From contig NC_058368.1 in assembly GCF_018350175.1 (NCBI RefSeq), forward strand, positions 16,866,001-16,930,000: a stretch of 64,000 nucleotides of DNA. Direction: 5' to 3'. Below, piece by piece: positions 1 through 13,101 of the stretch (positions within the stretch are counted from its first letter, which is position 1; each line of letters begins with the position of its first letter). The notes below the pieces were generated by a model, which was given only the letters and a program-made list of their open reading frames with translations, searched no databases and had not been told where the DNA came from. Origin of the DNA: Felis catus. Lineage: Eukaryota. A program made the position numbers and the translations under genes.

Positions 1-388
1 CCCTCCACCCCCAGCTCCAGGCAAACACTAACCTGCTCTCTGTCTTCACAGAATTTATTCCTCTGGACTATTCATAAAAAATAGAATCATGCAAAAATTG
101 TTTTCCTGTCTCTGACCTCCTTCACCCAATGCAAAGCTTGTGAGGTTCATCTATGTCACATACATACAGCAGCGGTTTCTCCTCCTTCCCCCAATACTAG
201 ACATCATTCTCCTGCAAAGAGACACCACACACTGTCCATCAATCTGGCCCGTAGACACCGACCTAGGTCATTCCCAACTCCTGGCCCCCATGAATATACA
301 GCCACTAAGAATATGAATACACAGATTGTTATATGGATATATATTTTAATTTCTCCGGGTAAACATACACAGAAGTGAAGTTGCTGGG
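1..388 (-). mobile_element. Old L1 (L1MB/L1MC-like) 3' end fragment
   Basis: Antisense L1 3'UTR motifs (ctgctctctgtc...ctggac...aatagaatcatgc; agaagtgaagttgctggg). Confidence 0.7.
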
Positions 389-948
389 CTGAGTTCTTTC
401 TCTAGGTTCTAGAGGAAAATCTCTTTGCCTCTTTCAGCCTTCGGAGCCTGCTGTTGGTTCATGGTCCTCTTCCATCATCTTCCAAGTCAGAAGTGGCAGG
501 TTGACTTCTTTTCATATCACCTTATTCTGACTTCCTCTTCTGTCTCCCTCTTCCACCTTTAAAAAAAAGGTTTTGTTTTACTTTTTGAGAGAACGCGAGT
601 CGGGGAGGGGCACAGAGAGAGGGTGACAGAGAATCTGAAACGTGCTTTGCGCCAACAGCAGCGAGCCGGATGTGGGGCTTGAACTCACTAACCAGGAGAT
701 CATAACATTGGCTGAAGTTGGGCGCTCAACCTACTGAGCCACCCAGGTGCCCCTCCGCCTTCCACTTTTAAGGACTTTGCGATTATGTAAACTCACTGGA
801 TTATATCTAGGATATCCTTATTTAAGATCAACTGATTGGCGAACTCAACTCCATCTGCAACCTTGGTTCTGGTTTTCAATGCAATGTAACATATGAGGTT
901 TCAAGGAGTGGTACATGGACGTCAAATAGGGCCATTGTTCTAGATTAC
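389..948 (-). mobile_element. MaLR LTR (MLT1C/D-like), interrupted by a Can-SINE
   Basis: Motifs cctcttccacctttaagg, aagatcaactgattggc...ctcaactccatctgcaac and gggccattgttc; similar to the 20905-21602 copy. Confidence 0.7.
570..753 (-). mobile_element. Can-SINE
   Basis: Reverse complement of the GGGGCACCTGGGTGGCTCAG head; TSD-like cttccacc/tttt on both sides. Confidence 0.9.
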
Positions 949-949
949 T

Positions 950-2760
950 TTTTCCTTCAGCACTTTGAACATGTTACCCTCCTGTCTTTTCGTCTCTATT
1001 GTTTCTGATGATAAGTTAGGCATTAATCATATAGATGAGGTCCTATCTGTAAATGAATCATTTATTTCTTCTTTTATTGCCTTCAAGATTTTCACCTGGT
1101 TCTTGGATTTCAGCGGTGTGGGTGTGATAAGTCTAGAGGTACATGTCTGTGCTCATTCAACTCCGGATTTATTGAGTTCCATGGAACCGTAGACTAATGT
1201 TTTTATCAACTTCGGAAAGTCTTAACCCATTATTCTTCAAGTATTTTTTCACTTTCTCCTCTCTTTTTGGATCTCCCATTACATCCATGTTGGCAAGCTT
1301 AATATTACCCTACAGATCTATGAAGTTCTGGTCATTTTTCTTCAATATCTTTCTTTGAGATCTGCAGATTGGATAATTTCACTTCTCCTCTCTTCTTCCA
1401 AACCAAATCTACCATTGAGCCCCTCTAGCAAATTTTTCATTTGGATTATTGTAATTTGCAAATCCATAATTTCCATTTCCTGTTTTGTATCCTGGTAATC
1501 TCCTCCTTGGGAATCTCTATTCATTTACTGTGACTTTGTGTTCCTTTAATTCTTTATACGTGATTTCTTTAATTCTTTGGACATGTCTAAAATGAGTGTT
1601 TGAAATCTTTTTGTCTGTGAAATCCAACACCTGAGGATATGAAAATATAGCTTGTGTTGATTTTTTCCCTTAATATTGGTCGCACTCTCCTGTTTCTTTT
1701 AATTTTTTTTAACTTATTGTTGAAAACTGGACATTTTTGACAATGTTGCAATTCTAGTAGCTTATCTTTTTTTCCCAAAGGCTCTTTGATGTTCTTCCTG
1801 AGTTTTGTTTTTTTCTTTTGTTTTCGCTTCTTGATTTACCTGTTTCCTTTGATTTGTGTGTTTCTTTGGTTTCCATGCCTGTGCTAAATCTGTGAAATAT
1901 GTCTCTACTGTGATGTGCAGCCACTAATATTATATCTTTTCAAGTTGCTTCTTAAAAAAACAAAAAAGCTGCTTTAGGAGTGCCTGGATAGCTCAGTCAG
2001 TATAGCATGCAACTTTTGATCTCTGGGTTGTAAGTTCAAGCCCCACATTGGATGGAGAGATTACTTTAGAACAATAAATTAAAATCTCTACAACATACAG
2101 TCTTATTTTTAATTTTTGGCCTTGATTCTTAGGAGCCACTGTTGTTAGTATCTGCGTGACTTACTTGCCATCTAACAACTGGCCAGAGATTATGCTCAAC
2201 CAATTCAAACCAGTAAGATGTCCTTCTTCTGTTGACAGACCTATATGTTGGTAGAAGAGATCATTAAAAATTCAAACCATTTTCAAGTCTTCCCTAGGTT
2301 TTACTTGGCTGGTTTGTGCTGGTATCCTGGGCACCTGCATGCAAAACCTGCCAGGAACTCCTTTCCCTAACCACAACTCAGGATCAATATGATGTTGGCC
2401 CTCCCTGCTCACCTACATCTGAAATCATCACTTCAACCAACTGTGTTTCTGGTCTTTCATCACTAATACGCAAAAATAAGTGGCCTTCCTTCAGCAATAG
2501 TAGTGAAACTATTATGTCTTATGGCCTGTCTCATTCTGGCATGCATTCTATGTAGACTAAACTGGGGGAATGAGACAAGCCTCAGGATAAGACACCTCAG
2601 ATTCTGACTGTCTTTTCCCGAACATCAGCCATTTTTCATGGGTAAACGCTTTTTAGAACGGTGTATACTTTTGGTCAGTTTCCAGGGTTCTGAAATGATA
2701 ATTTATGCCTATTCTCGGGGAACATGATTTGCCAATTTTCTCACTTGGCCACAGTCATCA
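950..2760 (-). mobile_element. Old L1 5'UTR plus ORF1 remnant (L1M-type), antisense
   Basis: ORF 1342..1524 (EIMDLQITIIQMKNLLEGLNGRFGLEEERRSE) resembles the L1 ORF1p coiled coil. 2600-2760 is homologous to the L1 5' ends at 6080 and 41515. Confidence 0.7.
1977..2085 (+). mobile_element. Older short Can-SINE (no CT tract)
   Basis: ggagtgcctggatagctcagtcagtatagcatgcaacttttgatctctgggttgtaagttcaagcccc, with tRNA-like A/B boxes and an A-rich tail. Confidence 0.8.
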
Positions 2761-3226
2761 AAAAATTTGTAAACATTTTAATTACACAATTAACATAATT
2801 GAACACATAATAAGATTGCAGGGAATAAAAATATATAATCTTGTAAAGAGATGCATATAAATCATTTGCTAATTGATATCAGTGATAATAGCTATCACTC
2901 TTTTGTGACTTCAAAAATGACTCCAAACAAATTAGTAACATGAAACTCCTTGCCTGATACATATGGAAAACCTACAAAAAAAAATTAAGTGTAATCATTA
3001 GGACAGGATCACTTTAAACTTATTCTGAAAACCTTGGCTGATAGAAATGAAATAAGAAGGGATAAAAAGTTTAAAATTTTGGGGGGGAAAGAATAAACTG
3101 TTCTTATCTCAAGAGAGTGTGACTCCCTACAAAGAAAATCCAACAGACTTGGGAAAAAAGCCCTTAGAACTTGTAACAGATTTTCGGATACACGTTTGCT
3201 AGATATGAGGTTGCCAGTTTGTTATT

Positions 3227-3254
3227 GATATAGATATAGATATAGATATAGATC
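3227..3254. repeat. (GATATA)n microsatellite
   Basis: gatatagatatagatatagatatagat. Confidence 0.85.
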
Positions 3255-3323
3255 TCTTGGATTCCCTTATTAACAAAAATTTTTCTAATAGGTAAATCTT
3301 TTAGGTTTCAAAGCAAAAGTTTA

Positions 3324-3537
3324 GGGGCGCCTGGGTGGCCCAGTCTGTTAAGTGTCCAACTTTGACTCAGGTCATGATCTCGCGGTTTGTGAGTTCGAGC
3401 CCCGCGTTGGGCTCTGAGCGGACAGCTGAGAGCCTGGAGCCTGCTTCGGATTCTGTGTCTCCTTCTCTCTCTGCCCCTCCCCTGCTCACTCTCTGTCTCT
3501 CTCTCTCTCAAAATTAAATAAACAAACAAACAAACAA
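3324..3537 (+). mobile_element. Can-SINE (SINEC_Fc-type)
   Basis: Full head, CT tract and A tail; TSD aaagcaaaag/cttta. Confidence 0.95.
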
Positions 3538-5332
3538 AAGCAAAACTTTAATACCTTTAGGACAAACATTATGAGATGATCTCCATGACAGTAGGTTAGG
3601 GAAGTTTCTCTTGTCTCAAATTTTAAAAGCACAGATCGCAAAGGAAAAATATCTACATTATAATGGAAGACAAAGGCGTTATAACCCATGTTTTTCAATG
3701 GTATACGCTGATGCAGAACTGATGTAAATCAATATTACCTTTCCTTCTTCATTTAATTATATTTTTAAATGTAGGTTTCTCTCTGGTCTCCATAAAAAAA
3801 GAGTAATCAAAGCAAAAGTCATTGTATGGTCACCTACCAAACTGCTACTCATTGTTTACTTTCAATTCTAAATAGAAAAAAAGAAAGAAATGAAAAGAAA
3901 TAATAAGGACAAAAATAGAGATACTTTGAAAATACTGAAACATTCAAAAACCTAATAACAGTGTCAAGGATTCCTTAAGGTCCACAGATCTTGGTCACAA
4001 AATAAAAAGTTGTTTGGGATTTTTTACTAATTGTGTTTAAAATTTTTCTTTAAAAATTCACACCAAGCATCAAAAAATTAATCACTACTGTAACTTTTAA
4101 TGTATTTCAAAAAAAAAAACTTCTATGGGAAATGTCACTTTTGGTATTTTTACAGAATAGATTATAAATGCAAAGTTTCTAGTGTGTTTAAAATAGTTTA
4201 GAACTTATTTTTGTTCTCAAAATAATACTAGGTAATATAAACTTGCCCAAGAAAAATTCTATTCTATACTAATATATTTTTGACAAATTGATCTATTCCT
4301 TAAATATCATAGAGAAAATGAGGCAGTTGTCTATAATAAGAAAATAAAGCCTTCTTCTAAAACTCAGCATACATGACACAGGCAGACTAAAAATGTATCC
4401 CCAGCTTTTGCTCTGTAACTGAAAAGAGTAATTGAGAGAAAATACTGCATACAAACCAATTATACACTTTCCTCAGATACATTTTTAAAAAGCTAAGACC
4501 CATCTGTCCTAACATCTGCAAAATTCTTATAATTAAAAGGGAAGGAAATAAACATAGTGGAAATTATTCAAAGATGTTTTTACACTTCACTAAATTTTTA
4601 TGCTTTAAGTTTGACTATAAGGAGGAGTCTAGAAGAATTATACTTTGTTAAAATTGAAACTTTAAAATTTTGTGATCAAAATTGTGAATACCTGATTTTT
4701 ATCCTGTCTACAATAACTTTGGGATTTTCTCTGTTGCTTATTATAAACTTAATTGTATAATTTTTCATTTCTCTGTGGACCTGAGAAGTCAAACACGGTT
4801 GAAATCAGGCAATGTTAGGTCTCTTACTACTGAACTGCCAAATGGAGCTATTTCAGTTGACTTAATGAATCATTAATTTATTCATTAATTGGAAATACAT
4901 TTTCATTGACAAAAACAGATCTTTCATGTACTATTCTAGGTGCTGGTATGGCAGTGAAGAATACAGCAAGATACCCGCTTATGTAAAGTTTGCTTGATAG
5001 TTTTTTTAAAGTTCTACCTCAAGCACAGAAAGAGAAACTCAGACTCCAGAATCATGGCAAATGAAACAGGGACAGCAATCTCTTCTTTCTGTCTTGTAGT
5101 GAAGAGGGAAATGATTCTCCTCCTAAGGTATTTTAAGCCATTTAATGAGGTGGGATAGATGGCAGAAGGTGAAGTCATATCTTCACTATCATTGGCGTTA
5201 AAAGACTGAGAAACAGGCCAGGGATTTTTGCCCGATTCTGAAACATGAGATGGAGATCCATGTGTAGATAGTTGTGGATCCTGCATAACATTATTTCATT
5301 TTAAGTTTTAGATAGAAGATGCTTATGCAGTT

Positions 5333-5531
5333 CTTTTTTAAATGTTTTAATGTTTCTTTATTTTTGAGAGAGAGACAGAGCATGATGGGGGGAGGGGCAG
5401 AGAGAGGGAGACAGAATCAGAGGCAGGCTCCAGGCTCTGAGCTGTCAAGCACAGAGCCTGACATGGGACTTGAACCGATGCACGGTGAGATCATAACCCT
5501 AGCCGAAGTCGGATGCTTAACTGACTGGCCC
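5333..5531 (-). mobile_element. Can-SINE, slightly 5'-truncated
   Basis: TSD tgcttatgcagtt at 5320-5332 and 5532-5544. Confidence 0.92.
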
Positions 5532-5544
5532 TGCTTATGCAGTT

Positions 5545-5772
5545 TTCATATGCGCAGGGCCATGTTCTAGGCACACGCAGAATATTCACCCATTTAATCC
5601 TCCTACAAACACCATAAAGTAAATACAATTATTATCACAGTTTTACATATGAAAAAACTGCACAGAGAGAAGTTAAATACTTGGGCTGAGGTCACATAGC
5701 TAGAATGTGACAGAGCCAGGATTTGAATCTAAACAGTAAAAGTTTAGAATCCACGTTCCTGACCACTACAAA
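5545..5772 (-). mobile_element. MIR SINE
   Basis: Antisense MIR core: catttaatcctc...ttttacatatgaaaaaactgcacagagagaagttaa...ggtcacatagctag...gagccaggatttgaatc. Confidence 0.85.
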
Positions 5773-6079
5773 AGCTGCCTTTCACATATTCAAGGAGCTC
5801 TGTTTCCTAGGATCTCAAGTGGATTTCATGGGAAATGCCGACAGCGCTCCTTTTCTTTAGTTACTAGAAAAGAGCGAGTGGTTCTAATACTGTACTTTAA
5901 AATATGCTAAACTGGTAAAGAGAAACAATCTCGAGCAAAACTAATTCTGCAACCTTACATCCTACCTGAAACAAAGTGCGTGTGATTCTTTCTTCTCCAA
6001 GCCATGGGAATATGTGTTTAATAGTTTCCTGAGCCTTAACCGGCCTGAACAGCCGTCTAAAACACATTATTTACTTTCA

Positions 6080-7230
6080 GAAAAGGCAGATTGGGAACTT
6101 CCGCAAATACGTCCTTAAAAGTAACAAAAAAACTGACAAAAAAGATTGTCGAAATCAACTCTTGGGAACTCTGAACATTGACCAATGACTTGCAACTATC
6201 TCAAAAGCGTTCATTGGAGAAAAATTGCTGAACCCAGGTGAGAACAGCAGAGTTAATGACATTGGAGTCTGACCTAGTCCCATCTCCACGCCCACACCCA
6301 TCAGGATGGTGATTAGCAAAAATCTGGAAGATAACAAATGTGAGAATTTGTGGAGATTGGAACCCACATCATTGCTGGGGGAGGTGGGGATATAAAATGG
6401 GGCACCCACTGTGAAAAACAGGTTGGCAATTCTTCAACAAGATAAACAGAATTATCATAAGATCCAGCAATTCCGCTGCTAGGTATGTACCTAAAGGAAT
6501 TGAAAACAGGGACTCAAACAGATACTTGCATGTTCACGTTCATAGCAGCGTTATTGACAGTAGCCCAGAAGTGGAAACAACCCCAGTCCCTCAGATGAAT
6601 GGCTAAACTAAATGTAATATATACAGACAATGGAATATTATTCCACCATAAAAAAAGGAATAAGTTCTCTTTTTTAAAGAAAAAGTTTAGTTATTTATTT
6701 TGAGAGACAGATAGAGACAACTTGTGGAGGAGCTGCAGAGATAACGGGACAGAGAGAATCCCAAGCAGGGATTCGACACGGGGCTCGATCCCATCACCCT
6801 GGGATCATGACCTGAGCTGAAATCAAGAGTCGATGCTCAACCAACTGAGCCACCCAGGCGCCCCCCAGAAAAGTAACACATGTTATCACACGAAAGAGCC
6901 TTAAAGACATTGTGTTAAGTGAAATAAGCCAGACATAAAAGTATGAATAATGTATGCCTCCACTTACACATGATACCTAGAATAGGCAGATTCATAGAGA
7001 CAGAACAAAGACTAGAGGTCAGGAGGGGTCCAGGGGAGGGAGGGTGGAGAATTACTGCTTAATGAGTACAGACTTTCCATTTGGGGTAATGAAAATGTTT
7101 GGATAGAGTAGCGATGATTATACAACACGGTGAATATAACCAATGCCGCATATTCATAAACTTAAAAATGGCCAAAATGGTAAACTTTATGTTTCTATTT
7201 TACTACAATTTAAAAAAAAAAATACAAAAA
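6080..7230 (+). mobile_element. L1 (L1MB-like): 5'UTR segment joined to ORF2 end and 3'UTR, with poly(A)
   Basis: 6290-7225 is a classic L1 3' end (gatccagcaattcc; aagtgaaataagccagac; aaaatggtaaactttatg; A tail). 6080-6290 matches the L1 5' end at 41540-41730. Confidence 0.8.
6665..6866 (-). mobile_element. Can-SINE inserted in L1
   Basis: Ends in ccaactgagccacccaggcgcccc; T-rich tail on the left. Confidence 0.9.
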
Positions 7231-8410
7231 GCCCCACCCTCAGGTCTTCTGGGCTTTTCCAGCATCATTCACTCAGTGATGTTTAAAAGCTCTTCTTTCT
7301 TTCTCTCTTTCTTAAATAACTATGGATGCCCTTTGAAGTTATTTGCATTTATTTGACCTTTGGAGAAGATAAGATCATAAAGTCTCCATTTTTTATAACC
7401 TTTCTCGTACTTAAAAGTTATGACAAATATTGCCCTTTCTCTGCCATTCAAAATCAGCACAAAGCGTTTTAATCTCCTCTAAAATATCCTGTATTTTCAG
7501 TCTCTTTCTTATGTAAGAACTTCTCTTGGTCTGTGTTTGAACTTTTCCTAGTTTCTCTCAGGTTGGAGACAAACTAGAAAATGTGCTGCAGGGAGAATGT
7601 GACAACCACTAAATCTACTGCGGGAGCTAAATTTCTGCTGTATGGAGATCTGACATCCTTCTAATTAAGAAAATATACAAAGTATGTCTATGTTTTCCTT
7701 TTTTGTCTTTTACTTATAATTTCTAATTCTCAATTTGTTCTTTGTTTCCTATTTCCAGTGCACATTTATTCTCGTTACTGCACAGAATTAGTCTCTCTAA
7801 AATTCCATTCTGTAGCATTCTAGTTATTTCTCTACAGTGTCTTTTAATTTTTAATTCCATCTGGCTAAGTGCTGGTCACCTCCTCAGTGTCTGCCAGGGG
7901 CTTAATGAAAATGCTCACTAATCCATCTCATAGGTCAGACTTGTCACTTACCTCTCAGGACTCTGGGAGAAATTAATGAGATCATCGTTGCAGTGCTCTT
8001 TGAAGACTTGCATTTTAGAAGAGCTATGCCAGAAGTCTCCAACAACTTATACTAAGAAATTCTTCATTGAAAGGTGAATTTTGTGATTTTTAGTAAATGT
8101 TAAGAGCATTAGGTACACCCAGCTGTTGGAAACTTGAAACATAATACTTGAAGCCAAAAACACTCTTACTGATATAACTACAGATAACATAGGGGCTGGC
8201 GAGGAATGTAAATAAAATTATTTAAGTCATATAAATAATTCTCCCAAAAGTTTGTATTAACACTTATCATATCTTAGGATAAACAAGATGATACTGAATA
8301 ATACTCAGATCAATATTAATTCATTGCCTAAATATTTAAACATAATACTGTGTAAACATTCTTAGAATGTTTTGCAAACACATATGAAGAAGAGAAAATT
8401 ATACGTGGTT

Positions 8411-8627
8411 GGGGAGCCTGGGTGGCTCAGTCGGTCAAGCATCCAATTTCAGCTCAGGTCATGATCTCTCGGTTTGTGAGTTCGAGCCCCAAGTCGGACT
8501 CTGTGCTGACACCTCAGAGCCTGCAGCCTGCTTTGGATTCTGTGTCTCCCTCTTTCCTGCCTCTCCCTTTCTCACTCTCTCTCTCTCTCTCTCTCTCTCA
8601 AAAATAAACATTAAAAGTTTTTTTAAA
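8411..8627 (+). mobile_element. Can-SINE
   Basis: Full element; TSD agaaaattatacg/atggtt. Confidence 0.95.
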
Positions 8628-8864
8628 GAAAATTATACATGGTTTATAACACAGTTCCATCAACATTTTGCCATCTTGCCTTTGATTCTATGCCTAAGTA
8701 TGTATTTTTAACGATGCTGAATAAATACTGCATTTTGAATAGTGTGTGCTAATTTTAAAGGCTTTTTCTCATTGCATCATACGATATAAAAATATTGAAC
8801 TAAAAGATAAACATGAGATGACATTAACCAGAGTTCTACCACTGTTAATATTTTTACGTCATTC

Positions 8865-9066
8865 GGGGCACCTGGGTGGCTCAGTCCCTTGAGCGTCTGA
8901 CTTTGGCTCAGGTCATGATCTTGCAGTTCCAGAGTTTGGGCCCCACCTCCGGCTCTGTGCTGACAGTTCTGGCGGAGCCTGGAGCCTGCTTCTGATTCTG
9001 TCTTCATCTCTCTGCCCCTCCCTCGCTTGCACTCTCTCTTTCTCTCAAAAATAAACATTAAAAAAA
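8865..9066 (+). mobile_element. Can-SINE
   Basis: Full element; TSD-like aatatttttac/t on both sides. Confidence 0.93.
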
Positions 9067-9346
9067 TATTTTTATATCATCCAATAAAAAGCATTTTTAT
9101 ATGGTACAAAATTTTCTGTTTGAACATAAGTGTCATTTTAACGACTTCATTACATAAGAATAAATGCTCATTAGGCAAAAACTGGTAATGAAAATAGGCA
9201 GAAAAAAAATATTAGAAATCATCACGAATCCCACCACGCAGAGACATTCTTGCTAATATTTCGGGTTAGAGTTTCTTCATTTCTTCCTAGATGCAAATAT
9301 GTGTATGTCTGCGTGTAGGATTACAAATACACAGATACAGACATAG

Positions 9347-9712
9347 GCTACGGACTGGACTTTGTCGCTTCCCCGAAGTCACACGCTGCTACCTCATCCT
9401 CTGTGTCATAATAGTAGGAGGTGGCAGCGTCGGGAGGTGATTGGGTCACAAAAGCAGGGCCTCCTTGAACGGGATCAGCGCCTTTATAAAAGCGACCTCA
9501 GAGGGTCCCTTAGCCCTTGTACTGCGCGAGGACACAGCGACAAGACCCTCAGAAGGAAGCCGGCCCTCACCAGGCACGGGATCTGCAGCATCTGGGTCAC
9601 CTTGACGGTGGGCTTCCCAGCCTGGAGAGCCGTGAGAAACTAACTTTTGTTGTTCCTAAGTCACCCAGACTGTGGTGCTTTTGTTACGGCAGCCCAAATG
9701 GACTAATATAAC
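9347..9712 (+). mobile_element. MaLR solo LTR (MLT1A-like)
   Basis: Starts ctacggactggactttgtc; contains gggatcagcgcctttataaaag and cttcccagcctggagagccgtgagaaa; ends gttacggcagcccaaatggactaatata. Confidence 0.85.
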
Positions 9713-9859
9713 ATAGCTTTACATAGAGTTATGAAGATAAACACACAGTATTTTATAATCAAGTTTCCATATCAATAAATAAATACAGTCTGAAGGCTTA
9801 AAGCCTGCAAAATATTCCAATACAGGAAAGACCATGCATAAAATAGAAAGGACCTAAGT

Positions 9860-10075
9860 TCTGATGTCAGAATGCCTGAATTGTCTCGTTACCCTCTGCT
9901 GACAGTGTGTCCTGTGTAGTTTTTTGTAAAACCTTATCTGCAAAATGGCAGACAAGATAAAACTATAACACAATGTGTGGTTACATCGCAAGGATGAAAT
10001 GTAATAATGCATGTATAAAACCTTGAAAGGTGCCATATAGTAAACACTGCATAGTGCTTGCTTCTTTTTCATCAT
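9860..10075 (+). mobile_element. MIR SINE
   Basis: ccttatctgcaaaatggc...ggatgaaatgtaataatgcatgtataaaaccttgaaaggtgccatatagtaaacact. Confidence 0.7.
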
Positions 10076-11343
10076 TATGATGGTTAAAGAAGCTAAGCTC
10101 TATTTGTTAACCATTTGTTCCCGATTTTCCAGTACTGTCAATCATCCTGTGATGATTACCTTCATGCTATATATTTGCACAATTTTATCCTTACAATAAG
10201 ACTGGGAAAAAAAAAAACTCCTTAGTTAAAGGGAAGCTACTTTTTAGGATCTTCTGATAACTTTCCAAGTAGTACTCTGAAAATATTCTAATTTTCCCTC
10301 CCATCAAATGGGTACCAGAATGGCTATTGTACCTCTCGCCAACACTAGGTGTTATCATTCTTAATATGCGTTAATTTGGAAAAAAAATTAAAGATAAATT
10401 AAATAGCAAATGTTACTATTTTTACAAATATTTTTACAAATGGATATTTTATAAATATCTATTTATTAAGTTTCTTTTTTTGGAAACTGCCTTCACAGTT
10501 TTGTCTGAAGATTATTTTCCTGTCATGATGATCACTTTTTCTTATTTATCTCATAAGTGCATTCACAAAACACTGGCCAAAATAATTTCCTAATGTTTTT
10601 GTCTTTACTGTTCACATTGGCTTATTCTTCTTCGTCAATTTTAGAATCTTCCTTTCTAGTAAGAGAAAGAATCTCTTCTCTAGGTTCTGAAATTTCTTTC
10701 CACTTTGTACAATTTTTTCAAAAATGTAAATGAATAAAATTCGTATTCTCATAAACTTCTAGCACATGTTTTAAGATTGTATTTTCTTTTTTTTTTTTAA
10801 CTTGGAATTGGTTCTTATTTTGTACTGAATGTTTAATTCAGTAATTTGATCATTACTGGTGTCATTTCTACTTTTGCTTCCTGCAATATTAATTTCAATT
10901 CTGCTACTGAATTCATAGTATCCTTACTATCCTAACTTTCTAATTGCCTTCTTGTATCAACTAATTCTCTTCTTAAATATTTCAATTCTTATTTCAAAAA
11001 GAGTACAATTTTTCTAAATTTTTATTTTGCAGAGAATTACTTTTGGAAGAAATGTCTTCTTCTGAGTCTTGAATTTACTGTTTTCTCTTTCAAAAAACAT
11101 GCATGCAATTCTTATGTCTTTGAAGATCAAAGGAGGGATTGAATATAACAAGTGTGTGATGATAGTAAGATTTAGCATTTATTAAGTCCATATTAAATGC
11201 AGTGTTGTTACGTGTATTATCTTTTATTTTCCTGCAGCTCCTCAAGGTAGGTATTACTATCATCATTTTACAGATAATGAGATTGTATCTTATATTAAGT
11301 AACTTGTTTATTGTTACGCACACATCTATTAAGAAGGAAAATT

Positions 11344-11600
11344 GGGGGTGCTTGGGTGGCTCAGTCAATTAAATGTCTGACTCTTGATTTTGGCTCAGGT
11401 CATGATCTCACAGTTGGTTTGTGGGATCGAGTTCTGTGTCGGGCTCCATGCTGACAGTGTGGAGCCTGGTTGAGATTCTCTCCCTCTCTCCCTCCCTCCC
11501 TCTCTTTCTGGCCCTCCCCTGCTTGCTCTCTCTCTCTCTCTCCCTCTCCCTCCCTCTCTCTCTCTCTCAAAATAAATAAACTTCAAAAAAACAAGAAGAA
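11344..11600 (+). mobile_element. Can-SINE inserted into an antisense MIR (MIR ~11160-11340)
   Basis: Head gggggtgcttgggtggctcag; long CT tract; TSD-like aagaag(g/a)aaattg. Confidence 0.9.
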
Positions 11601-12588
11601 AAATTGTAATTTATTCAGATGTCAAATATCTCTTGTTCCCAACACAATGTGCTATTTAATTAATGACTTTTTTTGGTCCCATTCAGTCTGAAGGAGTTAA
11701 CATTGAAATACAGGTTATTAGCAAAGACTTACAGAAATTTATCATCTATGGGAAGAAATGATCCTAACTGAACAACTGTGATAAAGAATCGAAGTGTGCT
11801 CTTTCAATACTAAGCTCTATGTAATTAAAATGGCGAGGCTACTCCACCTGGTTATTAGAACTTGAGTTCAGACATGTTGTGTTTAGGGACACAGAGAAAG
11901 CCATTCTTGCTACAGCATAGTGTTTATTTTGGGGAAAGTGTCTAGGTAGGATCACATTGTTTCTAAACTAGTAAACGAGACTACTAGAACCACACGTCTG
12001 ACTCTAGAATAACTCTGGATATCTTGAATGCTTGAATAGCAGACTTCATTCTGTTGAAAATCTGGACACCAATAACTTTTTTTCAACAAATAAATAGTAT
12101 TAAAAATAGTATTGAGAAAAGGGTATTGCAAATCCCGTCATAGAATCATCTGTTTAAACATGTGCATGAAGATACCAAAATGAATAATGCTACACCGCCT
12201 CTTGCTTGTGGCTCAGCAAATCACAATCTGGTGGAAAACACGCTGCAGACACAAATCATTTCAATAGTCATAAATATTGAGCACATGCACAGATAGGCTT
12301 ACAAACAGTGGTATGTATCCAAATAGTTACAATGCACTGAGGAACATCCTATTATAGAGTCATAAACACTGAGTTACAAGTATAGAGCACAAATAAAGTA
12401 GCTAATCCTATCTATGTGAAGAACGGTGAAAACCTCATCTGAGTGTTGATTTGTGATAATTAATAGGATTCTATCAGCTAGTGAGAAAGGGGAAAAGTAA
12501 ATGTCCTCTTTTTAAATTTTTTTTTCATTATTTTCTACCTTATTTCTAAGAATTCTTCGTGTTTGATATGGTGAAGTTTTCAACAGCT

Positions 12589-12596
12589 TGACGTCA
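12589..12596. promoter_or_regulatory. Full palindromic cAMP response element (CRE; CREB/CREM site)
   Basis: Exact TGACGTCA with an intact CpG in a CpG-depleted, repeat-free context. Confidence 0.5.
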
Positions 12597-13101
12597 CATT
12601 TCGAGAGCAAGAATTATCCCTGGAGAGCAGAGAGCACATTGGGTCATAATGGCCATAGAGGGATATTGGACTCCTTCCAGCATTTCAGATCACAAGGTGG
12701 GGTTTTTTTTTTTTCAGTGTTTTTTTAATACCCCAAACTTTTCTTATAAATGTTTGCACTTAGATGAGGTTGGAGCTTGACTCAGATCTGCATTAGCTAT
12801 GTGGTAGACTTAGGATCAGGGGATCAGACTCCTCTTAGTATTTTTAAAGCATGCTTCCAAAAGGGGAAAAGATCATTTATATTTAAAATAAAGCAATGTT
12901 CTTAGAAGCTGCCCTCCGCTCCTTCACCTTCCCGTTTGAAAGCATATGGAACAAGAGACTGCCCAGATTCAGAGTAAATACTTCAAGGTGATTTAGGATC
13001 CTTTAAATACAGCCTAATCCCTTTTCACTCAACAGAAATGCAGAGCTGCCCTGAAGACCCCGGTAGGGCCCAGAGGTGCCCCAGTCAACAATACCATGAG
13101 C

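Noticed and set aside
1977..2060. tRNA-like A/B box sequence
   Set aside because: tRNA-derived SINE head with an A-rich tail, not a tRNA gene.
8170..8195. 26-nt minus-strand candidate exon (PYVICSYI)
   Set aside because: Isolated, with no compatible neighbours identified.
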